From the NCBI GenBank assembly GCA_023920165.1, contig CP089276.1, positions 1 through 64,000 of the forward strand: a stretch of DNA of 64,000 nt. Reading direction: 5' to 3'. Positions within the stretch are counted from its first letter, which is position 1, and every line of letters begins with the position of its first letter. The DNA is from Curvularia clavata (taxonomy: Eukaryota). Shown here one piece after another: positions 25,174-38,604 of this stretch. Position numbers and translations under genes: made by a program. The notes under the pieces were generated by a model. It ran no database searches and was not told the origin of the DNA. It saw nothing but the letters and a program-made list of their open reading frames with translations.

Positions 25174-25841
25174 TATAGAGAGCGAAAATTTCTTCGTAAC
25201 CATCAATAAAAGTGTCTTCGTCTGCTACATAAAGTCAGGTCGCGACAAATAGTCAAATCTACTGGTCAGTACGGCTGGTGTCACTGGGCGGAGAACAGAT
25301 TGTTATTTGATTATTACACTAAGCCTTGCTTTCGTGAGGGGTATTCTCGCTGCAATCGAGAACGAGCCTTCAATTCATGACTTTCATTGACGTATGCTTC
25401 TTTTTAAACTGCTGTCGCCCGGGAAAGAATCAATAGCGCCTGCAAATTGACTCCAGTATGTATGCCGAATGGGTTGTTGGTAGAGCCTAGGCGCACCATC
25501 AGCATTCATTGTGAGAGACCATACGCGAACCACTATGTATCAAAAATGTTGGGCGAGAAAGAGCTATCGAACGATGCGAGAGTGTAGATTATTTGGTTTT
25601 TAGTAAATCCATGTTGCTGGACTTGGTCGTCAGTGTGGAAGTGAATCACGAAAGGCGATCTGTGTTACACTTCATGCTGGGACGCGACATTATTCAGACA
25701 GGTCTTCACGAGTGAAAATGACTCAAAAGTTTCCGTCATTTCGAACATAAATCACATTGAATTCCTGTACCTTTTCGGCGGATGCTCTTTTGCCCACGCT
25801 TACTTTGGCATTGTTCAGATTCCTTGGGTTTTGCTACGTCC

Positions 25842-26105
25842 TTACGAACAAATACTTCCTTGGCAAGACTGACTGCAGCTGCCACCAACGGGAAAATAAC
25901 ACTTCTGGATATTTGGTTAACCAAGCATGGAACACGTACGGAAGATACTTACGCAATCCCCAGACAGATGACTGCAGCAACAACCTTCAACTTGCGCTCG
26001 CGTGTCTAGAATTCCGCTCGGAAAAGAGTGGCCGGTAACAGCCATTTCAAAGACGCCAGCGCTGAAGGAAACCAGAGAAGTGAAAAGAAATTTCGTGTAA
26101 TGCAT
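25842..26105 (-). CDS. Small secreted 8-Cys peptide precursor, 71 aa, exons 26105-25953, 25904-25842
   Basis: MHYTKFLFTSLVSFSAGVFEMAVTGHSFPSGILDTRAQVEGCCCSHLSGDCKCYFPVGGSCSQSCQGSICS; 48-nt GTAAGT..TTAAC..CAG intron. Confidence 0.8.
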
Positions 26106-27471
26106 TTTGAACGAATCGTGATTCAGGATGGTTTGTCTTGTAGAGTGGTTAGATGCTCTCTCTGGACCGCGGGTATTTGAGCTGCCCTTTATAGTTGGTC
26201 TGCTCGTAGCTTTAATTAACAGCCTTTTGAGACACCACCTTTGAGTGGTTTAGAAACTCTGCATCTATTGGAGGCTTCGCGGTAGTCAACCTATAAACTT
26301 AAAAAACCACGAGCAGCCACTTCCCAAGTTCCTTGTTAGGAAGCTAGGACACGAAATGCCGAAGCCCATAAAACGTTGGAGCAACGTGTAAACTTTCAAA
26401 CTTCTGATCGCTGCTACCCTGTTGACTGACATGACAGTTTTCTCTCGCACAAACATAGCAAGCAGACTCAAACAAAGATGTATTGGTAGCGCTTACAAGA
26501 CGCATATGCAGCGATGAAGCACACACTAGTGACTGTTTGAACGACGGTACGTAATTTCTCGATAACTTCACTATAGTCCTCGTAATTCAATGACGGGGCA
26601 GCTCAACAGATTTAGCGTACGCAGGTTTCCGATACGCCAGCACATCGTTTTCTCCCGTGCTTCTCGACACGCACATACGACCCAAGCTGTGAGCCATTTA
26701 TTACTACTGTATCAGATGGTAGTCCTGTGCCGATTTCTGCCCTAAAAGCTGCCAGTCTATGTTACTCCTTATAGATGCCGTTGGTTCTTTGATGCGCATT
26801 GCCACGAATCAGCAGAAAATGACATTGATGCGACCAGCAAAGCTCTCGCTCAGTTGGGTGAAACCTGATCTCATCTCATCGACCGAACTAAGGTGAATGA
26901 AAGTAGCTTCAGTCAGTAGGCACACTATGCGATATCGTATCTCTCCCGGACGAAATCAAGGTCTGTTGTAGTAACTCGACCCAGAAAAACAATAAAATAG
27001 GACCAGCCTTGAAGTGAGATGATGCATACAGAGTAAAGAGACTAGTTCGACTTCCAACTACAGATTTCTTTCAAATGGTCGACGATGCGTCACTGGCAAG
27101 GTAAATTGTAAATGGGTCTTGAACTGAACGAAGCACATGGTCATGATCCAGCGCCAAGCCATAGGAAAGAAATTATTACCAAAGATAGGTTTTACTCTAA
27201 GGTTTGGCTAACTGATTAATTGTTTACGTGTTATGAATCTTTGAGCAGAGGTAGAAAAGACGAAATAAAGCGTGTTGGTCAATGCCGGTCTCGTTCCGCA
27301 GCTAGCGCTACTAGCGTGTATCTAGGCAGCTACATTAATGCAGGGGATGTGCGATTCTCTTCTCGGAACGTTCCGCCATCTTCCATCAGCTCAAGTTCTT
27401 CTCGTCGATTACGAGGGAAAGCTATTTACCACTCAGTCGCCGTCCTCTTCCGTTGCGCCACAGCACTAGTC

Positions 27472-28786
27472 ATGCCACTGCGCAAGCCTCATACCAAATC
27501 GCGTCTTGGTTGTTTGCCTTGTAAGAAGAGGCACATCAAGGTACCTCCCAGCGACTTATGACCCCTGCGCAACTACCATATATGCTGAAAATTTGTACCA
27601 GTGTGGAGAGGAAACTCCAATATGTCAAAACTGTATATTTCGCAAGGTAGACTGCGTTTATGCACCAGTTGCTAGAGCGAGCCCACGTGATATTTCGAGA
27701 GCTTCAAGTTCAGAAGCCACCACTACCCAAACTCCATTGTCGCATGAAGAACCACCATGGCCCCCAGGAATGCTTCACACAAATGACGCAAAACCCAAGC
27801 CGGCGATTGGTATCTCAAGACAACAAGAGTTGCAGCTGATGGTCCATTACATGAACAAAACAAGTCGAACTTTGGCACAAGATGCAGAAGAGCTCCCTGT
27901 CTGGACCGAGGCAATTCCAGAAGAGGCTATGAGACATGATTTTCTTATGGACGGGCTCTTGGGGATGGCTTCACTTCATTTCGCATGCTACAACAGCCAT
28001 TCGTGGAGGCAGTACACCGAATTCAGTATTCAATACCAAAACTCAGGGTTAAAAAAGTATAACGATGCTCTCGGGAATATCACCGAAGACAACTGCACCG
28101 CTCTTTTTGCTTTCTCGGTCGTGTTGAACGTAATGGCAATCGCATTACCAAACACAAATCCGGATTCGGCAGCTTCAGCCTATACTGAAACTATGATGAC
28201 CATGCTTGAACTCGTTCGAGGCATAGGTCTCATACACGCAACATCCGTCACAATGCTCCGAACCGGAAAACTGGCACCGCTTTTTCGATATATACCCGGA
28301 GAAGCAGAGCCTGATGACGAGACAAAAGCCGCTTTGGAAATACTTCGTCAGCACGCGAACAGTCTCATGAACTCAGGGTCCATCAACGAGGGACGACATA
28401 CCATTTACCTGGCGGGGATCCGGGCTCTCGAAGTGGCTTTTGGATGCATAATCCTGTCGAATCACTTTGCGCCAATAATTGGCTGGCCTACATGGATCTG
28501 GCCGGATGAGCACAGAGATGAGCTGATCAGGTTAATCCAGCATGGAGATGTTATGGCAAGAGTCATATTGATGCATTACGGCGTACTTTTACTCCACATA
28601 CGGCATCATTGGTGGGGTAAGCAGACGGGGATTAGTCTCATCGATGATGTCGCAATCTCAGTAGATGCTGCAGGCCCCAGTTGGGCTCCGTTAACACGAT
28701 GGCCGAGAGAGATCGCCAGACAAACGAAACACAGAGATCAAGGCGCCCTCCATGTAGGATACGCGTTCTCGGAAACCCTTCTGTAA
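27472..28786 (+). CDS. Zn2Cys6 transcription factor (Upc2/Ecm22-like), exons 27472-27540, 27602-28786
   Basis: RKPHTKSRLGCLPCKKRHIK/CGEETPICQNCIFRKVDCVY; ELQLMVHY, FLMDGLLGMASLH, ALFAFS, HWW. Confidence 0.92.
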
Positions 28787-29065
28787 CAAGCTCTTGTCAA
28801 TGCAATATTTGTTGTCTATGTCTTTGGTGATCTTGTATTCTCTATCTATTTACAGAAAATGGAACATAATGAAAACGAGTCGCTGCGATGCACAGGCCCT
28901 GGAGTAGATATACAGCAAGCGTAATTGTCCAGACCAAATTGGTGATCTAGATGTGCCATGCCATTATCATGTTATAGCCAGTCTACAATGGTAAAAAAAA
29001 AAGTCGCTTCCAAGATTCAGCAGTGTCAAATGCCGATCGAGGCCCGTTTTGCTAGGCCGCTCGGC

Positions 29066-30081
29066 TCAATGTAGCGAATAGACCGATATCACTCGCCGCA
29101 CGGCCTTCCCACGGCCCCCGGCCAGTAATGCTGTGATCTCGCTTGGGTGGATAAAGGCCATCCAAACCATTGTGGCGAACATGAGCACAGCGTCGAATAC
29201 GTAAAGGAATACCTCATGCGATATGAGATATCCTGAGTTACCTTGCGCGTATTCAATGAGCCGGAAGATGCACCGCACAAGAATGAGCATACTAGACACA
29301 TATAGCGCATAGAGCTGTCTTTCCCACGGCAAAGATTGCGCAAACAGTTTCGATGTTGGCTGGCGGATAATACGGACGTGGAATGTTACGCCAGTGATTA
29401 TAAAGAAGCCAAAAAACAGAAGCTGTATCACCAGACCGGCAATGATAATCTTTTCTCCAGTGTGCAAGGCCTCAATAGTCCCACTTGCCATTATGCCACC
29501 GCCTAGGACGATATGTTAGTAATCCCGTCGCATGAAACTCTGGGACCTGAGCAACACTCACCGGCACCCTGCATCATGAATGATATGACATCTCCAATGA
29601 CGAATATCTTGGTGAGCCACTTCTTGGGTATGAGTGAATGTTCCTCGCCGTCAGTTACTAGGATGATACGCCCAAGCATCATGTAAATGCTCGCCGCAAA
29701 AAGGGCTGGTGCGACCAGAAGAGTGATGGTCGCGACCGAGTAGACGGCGACCGACCAATTTGGGGTCTCTTGGGCGGAGATGGCCCTCTGTATAGTACGT
29801 CAGCGAACTTTCTCTATTTACTTTTGCCACTCCATTTGCACGTACACCAATGTATCCAATGATTTCAACTTCACAACACGGTTAGTTTATGTTTTCGCGA
29901 AGAACGTGGAGAACATACAAATACCGCCAAGGACGAAGGGGATGAGGATCCATGTCCGGGTTCGCAACATCTGGTAGAAGTGCAACCCAGTGGCAATAAG
30001 AAACAGAACAATAAAGACAAAAGCGGCTGCCATCGAAGGGTCATAGCGGTAAAGCTTGAAATCAACCGTTTCTTCAGCCAT
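29066..30081 (-). CDS. RTA1-family lipid-translocating exporter (4 exons)
   Basis: YRYDPSMAAA, FEIIGYIGR, LLVAPALFAASIYMMLGR, KIFVIGDVISF..QGAGGG, LVRCIFRLIEYAQG, HEVFLYVFDA. Confidence 0.93.
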
Positions 30082-30232
30082 GATTGTATCGCAAGAACAA
30101 AAACAAGCAAAAGTAAAGTTTAGTTAGGGAGGGTGTGTGTGGTGAAGAGAAGAAGAGGAACGCAAATTTTATGGGGGTCTAGAGTACTAATCACTTAGAC
30201 AGGACACCCTACATGTACCATACAGCCGAGTC

Positions 30233-30457
30233 CGTATGCGTATTTTCCTTTGGCTCAGCCATGCTATACAGTATTCTCGAACGCGTATGCGTATTTCTTT
30301 GACATTCGGTTCAAAACAGACCGGTAAGCTAAGAATAAAGCCCGGGCTGCTTACTAGAATGGGAAGGGCTGGCGGATACCCAGACACACCAGGCTGGCTA
30401 GCGAGCCCCACTGCGCAAAGAACGTATGCGTATGCGTATGCGTATGCGTATGCGTAT
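30233..30457. promoter_or_regulatory. CGTATGCGTAT motifs and (CGTATG)5CGTAT array upstream of RTA1
   Basis: Copies at 30233-30245 and 30284-30296, tandem array at 30423-30457; regulatory role is inferred. Confidence 0.5.
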
Positions 30458-30510
30458 CGCCGCCCCACCTCTCGCACAATATATTGCAAGCTTTGTCAGG
30501 GAATTGACTA

Positions 30511-32356
30511 ACGTCAAGGATCAGCAAGCTGGCCAGATCAGCAAGCTGGCCACCCCACCCAACCTAATCCAACTCTCTTCACCATTGATCCACAACAACG
30601 CAGTAAAATTAGATAAAATTTAACGGATATAATTTATTGTCTAGATTTACACGAAGTGCGAGTGTGACCTTGAATATGGCAGTTTGTGCACGTCGGCGGC
30701 GCGCGCTGGCGTCGCTGACTGCCCTCACTCTGCTCTGCCTCTACAACTACTCTTTCTGCCTCTAAAGCGAGCTACCAAGCCTGCTGCACCTGGAGCACTC
30801 CGCCAGAAGCGATATATTGACGCGGCTGATTCTGCTTTTGTCGCTGGCGCTGATTTTCTTCACGTAGCTTTTTGTTCTCCTCCGCGAGTATTACTACTAA
30901 TTACATTGCAAGCTAAGCGCTCTTAGCAAGCTGGCGGATAGCAATGCTTGTTGGACTCTCTGGCTGCCGCCGCAGTCGCTCTTAGAGATAGCGCACCTGC
31001 TGCTGAAGCTGCTCTACTGTATGTGGTGTCTCTGTCTGCGCCGCTGCCTGCGCTATAACGTTGTCATCTACAGTTGTCTATGGTAGAGACGGCGTCCGGA
31101 CGACAGTTAGCGACGACAGAACACGATCTGGACAAGAAAGGACAAGACCTGTCGCCCAAAAGCCTAATTAGATATTCTACTACGTAAATATAGTCGGCCG
31201 GATCCGTGTATAGGCTATAAGGAAGTCGATCTTATCGATATAGTAGACACCTTAGCGGGCGAGCTCCTCAATCTAACGTCCATACGCGCGCTTAAGAGGG
31301 GAGTAGCAGCTTACATCTAGAGGCTAGAGAAGATAGGAGGTATATAGCGGCATACAGAGAGTAATAATCTTATTATCGGCGCAGTACTAGTCGAACTCTG
31401 GCGTAGCGTGGCTGCTATGGCCGTCGAGAATAATAAGCCGATAGACTCCAGCTATTCGAGCCGCTATATGCTAATTGAAGTGCTTCACCCACTCTAAGCC
31501 TAGCTCATCTATCGTCCAGCCATTGTCTGACACGCCAATAGTCCAATCGAGTGGGAGGTCGCGGTACCAGCTGCTCTAGTAGACTTTACCAGACAAGATT
31601 ATAAACAGTAGAAGACACCAGCCAGACGCGTTGACGCACTCAATAGCTATTACCCACTCGCGATTGCCTAGCTATATTACAATTGCGCGGCCGACTCTAT
31701 CAGAGCTAGTCACGACTTTTAATATTGCAGCGACGCCTATTGCGAATCCAGTCTCATCAAAGTTGTAGATATCTTAGTCAAGAACGCCATACATCTATCG
31801 CGTCTCCTCTACTAGTTTAAACCACGCTATAATCGCGATAGAATCCTCAGAACTAGCGCGCTAGCTATTAAGCTTTCTAGTCCACTTTATCTAGAACTCT
31901 AGCTAGCCTTAGATAAAGCGCGATACCCATTTCTTGCCTACAGGTAGTAGAGGTGGATCTTAGCCACGCGCGGCGAGTAGAGCGTCTGCCATTCGTCGCA
32001 CGTCGATGATATAAGATAGAAAACCACGCCGGTCAAGGTCTAAGATCCACTATACGAGAGAATGCTCTTCAATAGACGATAGCTTACAATTAGCAGGTCG
32101 CACCTCAGATCGTGGCTAGATACCACTAACGCGCGTCTAGAGTGTAGATCTTAGTACATCAAAGACCATTACAAGAGCGCGGAGAGACTGTTTTAGATTA
32201 TTACAATAGAACACAATAGCAAGACTTATTCTGCCTTTACGAGAAGTCTGTATAGAGCGTTATTGTCGCGGCATTATAGTAGTTGTAGAGAGAGTCGGAT
32301 CAGGTGGGGTAGGGTAGCCAGCTTGCTGATCTGGCCAGCTTGCTGATCCTTGACGT
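30511..32356 (-). mobile_element. Fot1/pogo DNA transposon A (heavily RIPped)
   Basis: TIRs ACGTCAAGGATCAGCAAGCTGGCCAGATCAGCAAGCTGGC with internal repeat, TA flanks; YNFDETGF, EWVIAIECVNASG, DGHSSH remnants. Confidence 0.95.
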
Positions 32357-32358
32357 TA

Positions 32359-34191
32359 ACGTGTTCTATCAGTAAGCTGGAAACATCAGTAAACTGAACG
32401 CCCTACCCAACCTGACGCAACGCTTTGCACTATTGAGCCACAACAACGTAATTAAATAAAATAAATTTAAGGGATAAGATTAATTATCTAGTCTTATATG
32501 TAGTACGAGTGTGTCCTTAAATATGGCACTTCGAACACGTTGGTGGCGCGCGCTGACGTTGCTGACTGCCCTCACTCTGCTCAGTGCCTATAACCACCTT
32601 TTCTACCTCTATAGCAAGCTGCTACGCCTGTCGCATTTAGAGAGCTCCACTACAAGCAATATATTGACGCCGCCCCTCCTGCTTTTACTTTTAACACTAG
32701 TTAGCTTTACGTAGCTTCTTATTTTCCTCTACAAGTATTGTTGCTAATTGTATTGCAAGCTGAGCGCTTTTTGCAAGCTGGCGTATAGCAACGCTTGTTG
32801 GGCTATCTAACTGCCGACGTAGCCGCTCTTGGAGATAGAGCACCTGCTGCCGAAGTTGCTCTACTGTATGCGGTGTTTCTGCCTACCTTATAGTAGTATC
32901 GCCCATAGTTGTCTGTAGTGGAGACGGCGTCTGGACAACTGTCAGCGACGACAAGATACGATCTAGATAGAGAGGAATAAGGCCTATTGCTTGAAAGCCT
33001 GCCTGGATATTCTGCTGCGTGAAAATTGTCTGTCGGATCTGCGTATAGACGGTGAGGAAGTCTATCTTGTCGATATGGTAGACGCCTTAACGGGCGAGCT
33101 CCTCAACTTCACATCCGTACGCGCGCTTAAGAGGAGAGTAGCAGCTTACGTCAAGAGGCTGGAGGAGATACGACGTATAAGGTGGCATACAGAGAGTAAT
33201 AATCTTGTTATTAGCGCAGTACTAATCAAACTCTGGCGTAGCATGGCTACTATGGCCGTCTAGAATAAGAAGACGATAGACTCCAGCTGTTCGAGCGGCT
33301 GTATGCTGGTTAAAGTGTTTCACCCAGTCTACACCAAGCTCATCTGTCGTCCAGCCGTTGGCTGATACGCCAATAGTCCAGTCAAGTGGGAGCCCTTCGT
33401 ACCAGGCAGCCTGGTGGACTTTACCAGCTAGTATTATAAACGGTGGAAGACACCAGCCAGACGCGTTGGCGCACTCGATAGCTGTTACCCACTCGCGATT
33501 GCCTGGCTGGATAATAACTGCTCTACCTACTCTGTCAGAGCTCGTAACGACTTTAGACGTGCCAGCCACGCCCATCGCGAATCCAGTTTCGTCAAAGTTG
33601 TAGATATCCTGGTCAAGAACGCCGTACGTCTGACGCGTCTCCTCTACCAGCTTAAACCAGGCTGTAATTGCGATAGAATCCTCGCAGGAGGCGCGCTAAC
33701 TATATAATCTTCTAGTCCACTTTGTCTGAAGCTCAGGCTGGCTCTGAATAAATCGCGATACCCAGCACTTGCCAGTAGGTGGTGGAGGTGGATCTTGGCC
33801 ACGCGCGGCAAGTAGAGTGTCTGCCATTCGTCGCACGTCGATGATATATGGCGGAAAACCACGCTAGTCAAGGGCTAGGATCCATTGCACGAGAGACTGC
33901 TCTTCAATAGGCGATAGCTTTCAGTTAACAGAGACTGTCTCTAATCGTGGCTGGATACCGTGGAGACGCGTGTAAAGCATTGATTTTGGCACATTATACG
34001 CTTTTGCAAGAGAATAAATAGATTGGCTTGAATTGTTACGATAAGACGCGATAGCAAGGCTTAGTCTACCTTCACGAGAAGTCTGTATAGAGCGTTGTTG
34101 TCGCGGCATAGTGGTTGTGGTGTGGAGAGTCGCGTCAGGTTGGGTGGGGCGTTCAGCTTACTGATGTTTCCAGCTTACTGATAGAACACGT
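32359..34191 (-). mobile_element. Fot1/pogo DNA transposon B (RIPped)
   Basis: TIRs ACGTGTTCTATCAGTAAGCTGGAAACATCAGTAA.., TA flanks; QPGNREWVTAIEC, NGWTTDE, LLILDGHSSH. Confidence 0.95.
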
Positions 34192-35586
34192 TAGAGGGAG
34201 CGCCTACAGAGACCATCACAGATCATTTTTTTCGCGTGTCATTTATGATGTGCATACACTTTAGCGATTTCAACTTCGCTTCTTGGACGATTGAACATAT
34301 TTCTGATCAGCATAACCGGCCGGTTTTGATGTGCATTTGAAAGACGACGCCACCCCGCCAAAACGCCACCTGCCACAAGAGTGGAAACCAGATCTCGAAG
34401 TTCTTGTTGGCAAACGCTAGTCCCCCCTGTTTCGGGGTGTTTTTTCCCCCGAACTCGAATGAGCGACATTATGTAGTAGCTTACCACTTCGAAAGTCATA
34501 GTTAGCATAGTAGTATTTTACTTACCAACCTCTTAGATTTAGCTCTAGATTTGGCCATGGAGGCAAGTGTCGCGCAAGACAGACCCTACCACCTACTTGT
34601 CCATCCACCAGATGAGCGTGCAATCGATCGTTAAAATACTAGCTAAGTATTTGGTAGATATAACAGCCGCAGTAGGAGAAGCAGTGTGCGGTCGTCGTTG
34701 TCTACAAGTAAGACGTAACCTGCTGAATAAGTTCAAGATCACCAGAATAAAATACAACGCTAAGATTTTGTTTACAACACTGATTCATACTTTAGACCAC
34801 GATAGCGCCGAGTTTAGCCCACAGGGGCACATTTAGCCTTTGCCGTTCTCGATGGTTGCCAGAAATCAACTCTAAAGAGTTTGCTTCGCTGTAAAGTTCG
34901 GTTCCAGAATATGCAAGTCATGCGATACGTGAGGCATTGTTGATATAACCCCTGATGTTGAACACGTGGTTAGGGTCTAGTAAGTCAAGATAAGTCCATG
35001 ATCTTTGACAAGAAATATCTCGATCGTCAGCAAAGCAGGAGAAGCCCACGTCTCAATCGTCATGGCCATGAACGAGATGAGCAAAGCAGCCATTCTATCT
35101 CATCCCCAGGATGCAAGCTGTTGAACAGCTCGATAAGAACAGTCAGAAGCATACTAGAATTCTCAGACTATATTTCATTGATGGCCCTGGACCCAGCAGT
35201 GCTGTATCTCTCAGACGCCACGTGGACGCCACTTTGCTCGGCGATTTAAGGTAACCGGCCTCCCACTGGAAGAGCCATATTATGGCCTAGTCTCTGCAGC
35301 ATTGTGAGAGTGAATGCATGGCATGACGCTAGCCGACGGTATTTTCCACGCAACCAAGGAGGTGCCAGACCCTGCATCTGAACCTCAAGTGGCAACCGTC
35401 GCGAACGCTTTGGCATACGCCGTAGCAGTGCACAGCCACTATGTGAGGCTACCTGGACTTCGCAGCTAGTGCATACGTGCAAGATCGTGGCTTTGATAGC
35501 CAATCAATACCTATCGGCCAACTGAAGCGAGCGATTGCCTGACACAGCAAATTTCTACCACAACTCTTGTAATGACAGGCATGGGT

Positions 35587-35598
35587 AATACGCATACG
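35587..35598 (+). promoter_or_regulatory. AATACGCATACG motif upstream of the glucosyltransferase
   Basis: Exact reverse complement of the CGTATGCGTATT copies upstream of RTA1. Confidence 0.4.
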
Positions 35599-35756
35599 CA
35601 CGTTAGGACAAACCTTATTTCGTAGATGAAAATCGTAACTAATCGTTCACATCTCCTCCTAGTTAAGACTAAGCATGTAGCGCTGTCTTACTACTTTGCT
35701 CGGTGCGACACTTACCTACGTATCACCCATACATTTGCGCATCCTCCATCAAAATC

Positions 35757-38604
35757 ATGGAAAATGGGAAAACGCCATCGAATATGGCTGAACTTCCTGG
35801 CAATCTACCAGAACATCAAAATGTGGCACACCGTCAAGATACCGAGGGTAGTGGACACTTGATGCATATAGAATCTGCAAGTTATCCGAAACCTCCGCCA
35901 TTTACCGCCGAAACCGACACAGCATTGGACATGAATCTCAAGACCGGTGGTAAGGTTATCCAATAACCTACTTGTTACGCCCAGTAGAAATTAATGAAAT
36001 CTTAGATGATGGACGCATCAACATTGATTTGAACACAAGGGCTGTGAAGGCTCTTTCACTACTCTATGGTGATTCCGGCAATGGAATATCGGACGAGCCT
36101 CCGCCAGCTTATTCAGAAGTCCCTGAAGGACTGAATCGGTATAAATTGTGGCCTATCAAATTGAATATCGTCATTCAAATTGTAGGCAGCAGAGGGGATG
36201 TCCAGCCTTTCATCGCGCTTGGTCATGAACTTCGGCGTTACGGCCACAGAGTGAGGCTAGCAACTCATGACGTGTTTCAGAACCTTGTGAGAGACTCTGG
36301 TTCTGGATTAGAGTTCTACCCTGTCGGTGGCAATCCTTCAGACTTGATGGCATATATGGTGAAGAATCCCGGCCTGATCCCCAATCTTGAGAGCCTGAAA
36401 GCTGGCGAGATCAAGAAAAAGCGGATGATGATGAGGGAAATGCTGGAAGGTTTCTGGAGGTCATGTATCGAACCAGATCCCCTGACCGATAAGCCTTTTG
36501 TGGCAGATGCTATCATTGCAAATCCCCCGAGTTTTGCCCACGTTCACTGCGCGCAGGCCCTTGGTATTCCCGTCCATATGATGTTCACTATGCCATGGAC
36601 AAGCACGAAAGCTTTTCCTCATCCACTAGCAAATCTGAGGAACGCCAATGGCAAAGAAAGCGCCGCTAACTATCTGTCCTACGGTGTTGTTGATTGGTTG
36701 ACATGGCAAGGGTAAGTGTTTCCCACTACGTTCTGATCATCTGCCTTTTGTGCAGCCTAACGAAAAGCACAGGCTCGGTGATGTTATCAATCAATGGCGT
36801 TCCACGCTTGATTTGGAGGAATTGGGCATGTTCGATGGCCCTAGTCTTGCAGCCACACTGAGAATTCCCATGACATATTGTTGGTCTCCAGCTCTCGTGC
36901 AAAAGCCATCGGATTGGCCGCCCTATATAGATGTCTGTGGGTTTTTCTTCCGTGACCCACCTCATTACGAGCCACCAGCAGAACTTCGGTCTTTCCTCGA
37001 TCATGGGCCACCACCTATCTACATTGGGTTCGGCAGCATTGTTCTTGAAGATCCAGAAAGGATTACCGCGGTAATCTTGGAGGCCGTACAAGCAAACGGT
37101 TTCCGCGCTGTTGTTTCTAAAGGGTGGTCAAAGTTGGGAGAGCGTGGAGAATCGCATGAAAATGTCATCTTCATTGGAGACTGCCCTCATGAGTGGTTGT
37201 TTCAGCATGTCGCTGCAGTGGTGCACCATGGTGGAGCTGGTACAACTGCCTGCGGTTTAAGGAACGGCAAGCCGACTACCATCGTACCATTCTTCGGAGA
37301 GTAAGGCGTATCGTCGCTTATCAGCGTGTATGAATATTCTGACGAGTCAACAGTCAACCATTTTGGGGTCAAATGGTCGCTACTGCAGGTGCTGGTCCGA
37401 TGCCCATTCCTCAGCGGGAATTCACAGCTGAGAACCTTTCCCAAGCAATCCACTACTGCATGTCGCCAGAAGCCGCGAATGCGGCTGCAGATATTACGCG
37501 AAAGATGCAATTCGAGAGAGGCGTTGAAGCTGCAGCGCTATCATTTCATCGAAATCTCCCTGTCAAGGATATGTCTTGCGATGTACTCCCACATCTGCCG
37601 GCGACATTCAGCATTGGCAAGGGCAAGCAAAGGATAAAAATCTCCTCACTCGTCACCAATATCTTGATTGAGAAAACATGGAAGGACGTGAAACATCTCA
37701 AACTGTATGCCTTTCGTTCACTATGCTAAGCTTCGAATAATAAGACCGTCCCGGCAAGTACTAACAACCATACAGATACGAGAGCAAACCTATCGTCATA
37801 GAGGCTCGCCGGTGGGATCCTATTTCTGGCGGAGCGTCTGCGGTACTTGGCACTGCAGTTGATCCTGCAACATGCGTTACAGGGGTATTCACGAAACCAG
37901 TGTCAGAGTATCGAGATGACCGTCACAGACGCGCCTATGAAGAATCGAAAGGTGAGACTCTTGAGGCTCCTAGCGACAATAGAGATCGTATCGACCGATG
38001 CGAACCAATCCCCAGCGATGCAGGTACCAAGGCATCAGCAGATAGCACTTTTACTAGGCGGAAACCTATCTCAGCTGGTCAGCTAGCAGGTGCATCTGGA
38101 AAGAGCATTGCAATGTTTGCTCCAAAGGCTCTGAAAGGTATGACAGTGGATTTTCCACTCGCCCTAACAGATGGCCTCAAAAACGTACCACGATACTACG
38201 GCGATGTCCCTCGTGATCATGGACCCGTCACAGATTTCAAAAGCGGCGCAACGGTCGCTGGCAAAACTTTGGCATGGGGGTTCATCGATGGAATCAGCGA
38301 CTTTGTTGTAAAGCCCTATCAGGGTGCCCATGAGGAAGGTTTGAAAGGTGCTACAAAAGGGTTAGGCAAAGGCATAGCTAGCATGGTCACGAAGAGCGGT
38401 GCTGGTATGTTTGGTCTCGTAGGGTATACAAGTGCTGGGATTGCTAAAAGCTTGAGAACAGTCGTGTATACAAATACCAGGAAGAACATTACAGGAGCCA
38501 GGCAGAAGGAAGGGAGATGGCTATTTGAGAACGGTCTACAGAGTACGAATGAGGCTGAAAAGGTTGTCGCGCGTTTACTAGCACTAAGAAAGGAGAAAAG
38601 ATGA
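35757..38604 (+). CDS. Sterol 3-beta-glucosyltransferase-like UDP-glycosyltransferase (GT1), multi-exon
   Basis: [79 protein letters not shown] (spliced). Confidence 0.93.

Noticed and set aside
30187..30623. ORFs with AYAYAY / MRMRMR repeats
   Set aside because: Translations of the CGTATG array and the pogo TIR.
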